From: Candidatus Hermodarchaeota archaeon
Lineage (GTDB): Archaea > Asgardarchaeota > Heimdallarchaeia > Hodarchaeales > Hodarchaeaceae
DNA length: 32,000 bases
NCBI GenBank assembly: GCA_048886185.1
Contig: JBHLKY010000008.1
Coordinates: 183,047 to 215,046 of the forward strand
Reading direction: 5' to 3'
Part shown: positions 27,530 through 32,000 of the stretch, piece by piece
Numbering within the stretch: position 1 is the first letter of the stretch
Layout of the letters: each line of letters opens with the position of its first letter
Notes under the pieces: generated by a model
Databases searched by the model: none
What the model saw: the letters and a program-made list of their open reading frames with translations, nothing else
What the model was told of the DNA's origin: nothing
Position numbers and translations under genes: made by a program

Positions 27530-29380
27530 TTAAAGCATAATATAAAGGATTGCAAGCAGAGCGGGAATGATCATTGATACCATAGGCCCATATTTCACAA
27601 GGTTTGTAAAAATACGTGTCTTTTCTGATTCAGAGAGTCTGTTTTTAGTATAGTCAATATCTTCATAGGCGCCTTCTTTGCAGTATTTGAGGAAAACTTT
27701 TCGTACTTTTTCAAGATGCTTTATCTCTTCTTTAGTTGTCATAACTTCAAATAAAATACCTCTGGCCCTTCTAATAACTAAAAAGAAAGATACAAAACTA
27801 GAAACGATGAGTAAAATGAGAGTGGCTGAGGAAAAATCAAAACTAAACTTCCTTTGTATAGATTCCAAAAAGTAACCAGTAGAGGTAGGAGTGCCATTAG
27901 TTGAAGAGAATGGATCTTGATACTCCTCCTCAGAGAGCATTCCAATATAATTGAATAAAATCATTAATACTGAAAAAACCAGAAAAGGGTTAAAGATGGC
28001 AGAAAGATCCATTAAAAACCTAATAAGAGGATCTAACCAAGGAAATGGGACAAAAATAGATTGTACTGTTTTGATTAATTCTTTAATAAAAGTCGTAATT
28101 TCGGGTGGAATGAGAGCTAATAAGTCGGGAAAAACGATATCAAAAAACCATGGAAACGTAATTGGCGCTGTAAAGGCAATAGATAAACTGATTGTTTGGA
28201 TAAAAGTCCTAAATAAGAAAAATGTCACTCTTTTGGTAAAAGGTTTTTCTTTAACATAAAGATAATTAGCTTCATCAGCACCTTTGATTTCATCTTTCGA
28301 TTGTTCTTTAACAATATCTTGCTCCTGAACCTGACTCCATTCAAGACCTCTTTTATAATTTGAAATGGGGTTAAAATAAGCGAGCTTAGCCAAAATTAGC
28401 TTATTTCCTGTAAAGGGATCAGTGTATCCCTTTTTTTCCCCTAATTTCTCCTTCCAAATGTCTGAATATGATATCCACGGGGTAGGAACTCGAACAGTAA
28501 GATGATTAGGTTTAGTAATAAAGGTTTCAGGTAAATATCCCATGATTTCACCATCAACCTGATATAGACATTTCTTTTTGGAAGAATCTACATGAACTGA
28601 TCCTGCCTCAAACGTTTCAACACTACCATGAGTAAGATGATTACCATCATAAACAGTAGAAAAAAATCGCAGGAGGGTGATTTGACTAATTTTACGCAAC
28701 GCCGTGACAGCAAATTTGCCATCTGTTACTTCAGCATCAGGACAGATATGCATACCACCTCCATAGCGTTTTCCATTACCTATGGCAAGCAGCATTCGTT
28801 GGCCCTCGATGGTTTGGTCTCCATTTATACGAATTGACAGATGATAGGGTCTAAATCTTAATAGAGTTTGAGCAAGAGCTAATTGATACCTCCTTGTCCC
28901 AGAAAATCGTTTTGATCCTTTATTTGTCCGATCAGCTACTTCTGCGTCAAAGCCCATAGAGGCTACTCCTGCAAAATACCTATTGGCAGATTCACAGTAT
29001 CCTACATCAAATGTTTTATTTTGACCATTAACGAGACATTGAACAGCAGCTTCTAAATCTCCTTCCGGGATCCCAAAAACAGTAGGTATATCGTCACCTG
29101 TCCCAACAGGAATGGCAGAGAAAATCCCTGGTTTATCAGCAGTTAAGATACCATTGAGTACCTCATTTGCCGTTCCAGCTCCACCAATGGAGCAAATAAT
29201 CTTGTAACCCTCATTAACTCGGGTTCGTGCGATTTCAATCGCATGTTGAGGATACAAAGTGAACTCAAAATCATATTCCAAACCATGACTGTCCACTAAG
29301 GGCTTGATTTCATCCCTCCACATCGTTTCAACACGTCCTCCAGCAGCAACAGGATTAATAACGAGAAAAACCTCTTTCAT
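27530..29380 (-). CDS. Diacylglycerol-kinase-family (YegS/DgkB-like) lipid kinase fused to a C-terminal multi-TM domain
   Basis: INPVAAGG, FEFT, GGAGT (for GGDGT), GTGDD, GFDA, IGNGKRYGGG, QVDGE; about four hydrophobic segments after residue 380. Confidence 0.82.
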   Translation of the reverse strand: MKEVFLVINPVAAGGRVETMWRDEIKPLVDSHGLEYDFEFTLYPQHAIEIARTRVNEGYKIICSIGGAGTANEVLNGILTADKPGIFSAIPVGTGDDIPTVFGIPEGDLEAAVQCLVNGQNKTFDVGYCESANRYFAGVASMGFDAEVADRTNKGSKRFSGTRRYQLALAQTLLRFRPYHLSIRINGDQTIEGQRMLLAIGNGKRYGGGMHICPDAEVTDGKFAVTALRKISQITLLRFFSTVYDGNHLTHGSVETFEAGSVHVDSSKKKCLYQVDGEIMGYLPETFITKPNHLTVRVPTPWISYSDIWKEKLGEKKGYTDPFTGNKLILAKLAYFNPISNYKRGLEWSQVQEQDIVKEQSKDEIKGADEANYLYVKEKPFTKRVTFFLFRTFIQTISLSIAFTAPITFPWFFDIVFPDLLALIPPEITTFIKELIKTVQSIFVPFPWLDPLIRFLMDLSAIFNPFLVFSVLMILFNYIGMLSEEEYQDPFSSTNGTPTSTGYFLESIQRKFSFDFSSATLILLIVSSFVSFFLVIRRARGILFEVMTTKEEIKHLEKVRKVFLKYCKEGAYEDIDYTKNRLSESEKTRIFTNLVKYGPMVSMIIPALLAILYIML

Positions 29381-29781
29381 GATGAAACCTTCAGTGGAAT
29401 TTCACATTCACAAATTCTTTTTTGAGGTTTACCCGTGAGTCTTAGTTGAATTTATTTGCTCATTAAAAAAGAGTTACAGCAAAACTACTATTTTAGCTCT
29501 GAAAAATACTCCACGTTATTATGGTGAAGATGGTAAAGATTTTTCGTGTTTCATAAATTCCATTAACAGAAATAAGCCAATCCATGATTATATTAGTTTT
29601 CTAATCATTTCCCGTATAATAAATTCATAATCGGTGATGTATCGTTCCTGGAGACAATGGATAAAAAATCCAAGCAGCCCGTACATTTCAAAAATCATCG
29701 ATAAGCACAAATAATTAAGGTTTCATCACAATAATCGGCCATTCGCTTTCTTCCAGAATATAAGGACTACCAAGCCTGCTG

Positions 29782-30324
29782 CTATTTCTGCCAAGTAAAA
29801 AGCCGTTCCATCCCAGGACATTTAGTATTCCGAGAAAACGAACAGGTAGCACAGAGTAAATCCCACTCTTTCCTACCGCTGCGAATACGTTGAACCGTGA
29901 TACCCGCATAGAAGACAAGTCCAAGAAGAACCTGAAGGAATTGGAATTCGAAGGAGGGAGCAACAAAAATGGAATAGATTCCAATGACAATTCCAAGACC
30001 TAAAAACCCACGAAACACGATTCTTAACCTTCTATCAGAAGAATTGAAAAAAGAGAAATCCACAAGTCGGAACATGGTTGGAAGAGAAAAAACTATTGCG
30101 AGAAAGATTAATGCTTCCCATGTCACGTGTGTAAACACTCCCAGAAAAATAGTAATACCTCCTAGGATGAAACCACTATAGAAACCAGTACATCCCAAGC
30201 ACAAACTCCAACCTCTAATACGAATGAGGTGATCACGATATTGCCAACAGATCGGATGATGAGCTACAGAGTAACGGAGAAATCCTTTCACTTTCTCAGA
30301 TTTCGAACTACTCATGACCCTCAA
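29782..30324 (-). CDS. DUF2085-like Cys/His-containing membrane protein
   Basis: HHPICWQYRDH...LCLGCTGFYSG followed by about four TM helices and C-terminal CATC...C. Confidence 0.6.
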   Translation of the reverse strand: MRVMSSSKSEKVKGFLRYSVAHHPICWQYRDHLIRIRGWSLCLGCTGFYSGFILGGITIFLGVFTHVTWEALIFLAIVFSLPTMFRLVDFSFFNSSDRRLRIVFRGFLGLGIVIGIYSIFVAPSFEFQFLQVLLGLVFYAGITVQRIRSGRKEWDLLCATCSFSRNTKCPGMERLFTWQK

Positions 30325-30338
30325 TCAGGAGAGAAGAT

Positions 30339-30587
30339 TTAGTACCGAGTTTGATACTGTTGCTCTGGATGTTCTGTTAACATATAATATATCAATGCAG
30401 CTACAGGACTAAGACAACAACAGAGGATTAAACAGATCCCACTGTCATATTGGTGACGCGTAGAAACGTAAACTTGTTGAGGGGGAACACCTGGTCTACT
30501 AGGCTCGACTCCTCCTTGTGCAGCACCACAATTCGGACAATATCTTGCATCACCCACTTCTGATCCACAATTTGGACAAAAAGGCAT
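30339..30587 (-). CDS. Zinc-ribbon protein with Pro/Gln-rich linker and Cys-rich TM segment
   Basis: FCPNCG...YCPNCG, RPGVPPQQVY, ICLILCCCLSPVAALIYYML. Confidence 0.85.
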   Translation of the reverse strand: MPFCPNCGSEVGDARYCPNCGAAQGGVEPSRPGVPPQQVYVSTRHQYDSGICLILCCCLSPVAALIYYMLTEHPEQQYQTRY

Positions 30588-30705
30588 AGTTATCCCTTAC
30601 CTAAGTCAATTTAACTCCTTTTGAAACATTTAGAGATCGATGATTTTACAGTTTAAGTAAGTTATTATCAATCTTCAAGTATGTTAAAAGAGATCAGTTA
30701 ATTAT

Positions 30706-30959
30706 CTGAAAAAATGGCAAGAAAGACAATCCAAGACCCTAGAAGAACTTATATCAGCTTTAACTTTATTAGCATTTACTATTGAGCATGCAAAAGAATA
30801 TGGAAAAATACGAGCTTCTTTAGTTAATAAGGGCTGGATATAGGATTCACTGATACAGCTATTGCCTCTATTGCAATTATAGAAAAGCTCCCGCTTCTAA
30901 TTATGAATGTTGAGCATTTCAACAGAATAGAAAGATTGAAAATAAGAATCTACAAGTAA
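30706..30959 (+). pseudogene. VapC/PIN-domain toxin remnant, 5'-truncated and frameshifted
   Basis: One frame gives LEELISALTLLAFTIEHAKEYGKIRASLVNKG up to about 30834; a second frame from 30837 gives DIGFTDTAIASIAIIEKLPLLIMNVEHFNRIERLKIRIYK*. An in-frame stop lies upstream and no N-terminal DT motif was found. Confidence 0.75.
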
Positions 30960-30999
30960 ACGAAAACAAAACATTGAATGAGTATTTGGGAATAGCACA

Positions 31000-31566
31000 T
31001 TACGCATATAATGATAGATACCCCCTATGTGAAGCCACCTGCAATCCTAGTTGTTTGAACGCCTCGGTGATATTTTCTCCAGTTTTAGCACTAGTAGGTA
31101 AATAGGTCACTTTAAAGGGTAAAGTATCTCCTGTTGATGTGGTTATCCCACTGGCTATTCCTTGCAATGTTTGATCTGGTATGCAGTACTCTCCAGTATA
31201 TCTTAGGTCTATTTTATTTCCTAGAATCACGAACGGAATTGGCCCATGCCCGTTATTTTTCCATAATTCATCTATCCAATTATGAATGTTCATCACTGAT
31301 TCAAGATTAGTGACATCACAAACAAGGAACGCGCCCCTTGCACCCCGATAATACGTCTTCCTGATCGTCTCAAAGACAGGTTGCCCTGCGAGATCCCAGA
31401 TTTGGAAGCTTATTCTTTCTCCACAGATTGTCTCATTTTTGACTGAAAAATCTGCCCCTAATGTGGGTAAATATTGCGTGGGAAACCCATATCCTAGATA
31501 ACGTTCACGGATTGAGGTCTTTCCCACCGATCCATCTCCTATCAGGATTATTTTCAGTAATTCCAT
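31000..31566 (-). CDS. Rab-like small GTPase (Ras superfamily)
   Basis: G1 GDGSVGKT, G2 YLPTLG, G3 WDLAGQ, YYRGA, G4 NKID, G5 TSAK; no C-terminal Cys. Confidence 0.93.
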   Translation of the reverse strand: MELLKIILIGDGSVGKTSIRERYLGYGFPTQYLPTLGADFSVKNETICGERISFQIWDLAGQPVFETIRKTYYRGARGAFLVCDVTNLESVMNIHNWIDELWKNNGHGPIPFVILGNKIDLRYTGEYCIPDQTLQGIASGITTSTGDTLPFKVTYLPTSAKTGENITEAFKQLGLQVASHRGYLSLYA

Positions 31567-31680
31567 GGATTGATCCCCTCGGTTACTACTGGTTCATACT
31601 CTTTATCCCTATATCTGTATGGTGGTTAATGAGTACGTAACATCACCATAACACACTTTTTCTAATTTCTCTGATAGATC

Positions 31681-31698
31681 CAGGAAGTTAACTTCCTG
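31681..31698. promoter_or_regulatory. Perfect 18-bp palindrome, possible operator
   Basis: CAGGAAGTT-AACTTCCTG, 115 nt upstream of the GTPase start codon. Function is inferred only. Confidence 0.4.
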
Positions 31699-31718
31699 AT
31701 GTGTCTTAGATATGGAAT

Positions 31719-31925
31719 TTAGAATATTTGGATTTGATTATAACTTTCAAGTAATTCATGTATGTGATTGGTGAGAGTCTTCTCCCCTGCTTTTCTAATT
31801 ACTCCACAGCAATGTCTAGTTCTGATCTGAAAGCCTATTTGAAACGTTAATTCTTTCTGATTCGGTTTAAATGTTAGAGTCTCTGATGTTGCCTTGATTT
31901 GCCCAGTCAATGCATTTATCGCCAT
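31719..31925 (-). CDS. Questionable small ORF (68 aa)
   Basis: ORF track only; no RBS or family motif recognised; may be non-coding or a gene remnant. Confidence 0.2.
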   Translation of the reverse strand: MAINALTGQIKATSETLTFKPNQKELTFQIGFQIRTRHCCGVIRKAGEKTLTNHIHELLESYNQIQIF

Positions 31926-32000
31926 TCTCAGTGATATGTGCCTTTACCAGTATAAAAACTCCAGATACATTGGCACTATGGTGATTGCTGCCTTGAATTT

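Noticed and set aside
1345-28837. Numerous short antisense or alternate-frame ORFs in the track (e.g. 1703-2032, 9569-9808, 16507-16740, 19360-19695, 21877-22203, 27951-28259)
   Set aside because: They lie inside confidently identified genes and show no independent coding signal.
29715-29996. 93-aa ORF overlapping the DUF2085-like gene, plus 30-36 codon ORFs at 29500-29720
   Set aside because: Alternative-frame overlap or too short, with no motif or RBS support.
1-32000. CRISPR arrays, rRNA, intact IS or integrase, selenoprotein UGA readthrough
   Set aside because: No regularly spaced repeats, rRNA-like segments, transposase or integrase motifs, or split ORFs joined at an in-frame TGA were seen by eye.

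Overview
Archaeal chromosomal segment, most likely from an Asgard archaeon. This is inferred from archaeal-type ribosomal proteins, Rpo12 and aRpp29 occurring together with a Rab-like small GTPase; it was not tested phylogenetically. Left third: OFA-type MFS transporter, acetyl-CoA synthetase, DUF167 protein, a 670-aa protein with three internal PRC-barrel-like repeats, type II Met aminopeptidase, SUI1, an rpo12 gene missed by the ORF track, and a BtuR/CobO plus two-subunit B12 acyl-CoA mutase whose specificity residues (Phe/Gln) point to isobutyryl-CoA mutase. Middle: tRNA-His(GUG) with a 29-nt D-loop intron, a coiled-coil/winged-helix protein, an RNase III with dsRBD, and a rearranged S10/spc cluster (uS19 divergent; L22 to S14 followed by taw2; S14 also missed by the ORF track). 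Right third is accessory: SBBP surface protein, a membrane-anchored winged-helix regulator, a tandem active/degenerate metallophosphoesterase, a TPR-HEPN protein, a DAGK-family kinase fused to a membrane domain across a slippery site, small Cys-rich membrane proteins, a VapC/PIN remnant and the Rab-like GTPase. No CRISPR array, rRNA or intact mobile element was seen. All family calls come from motif recognition by eye, not from database searches.
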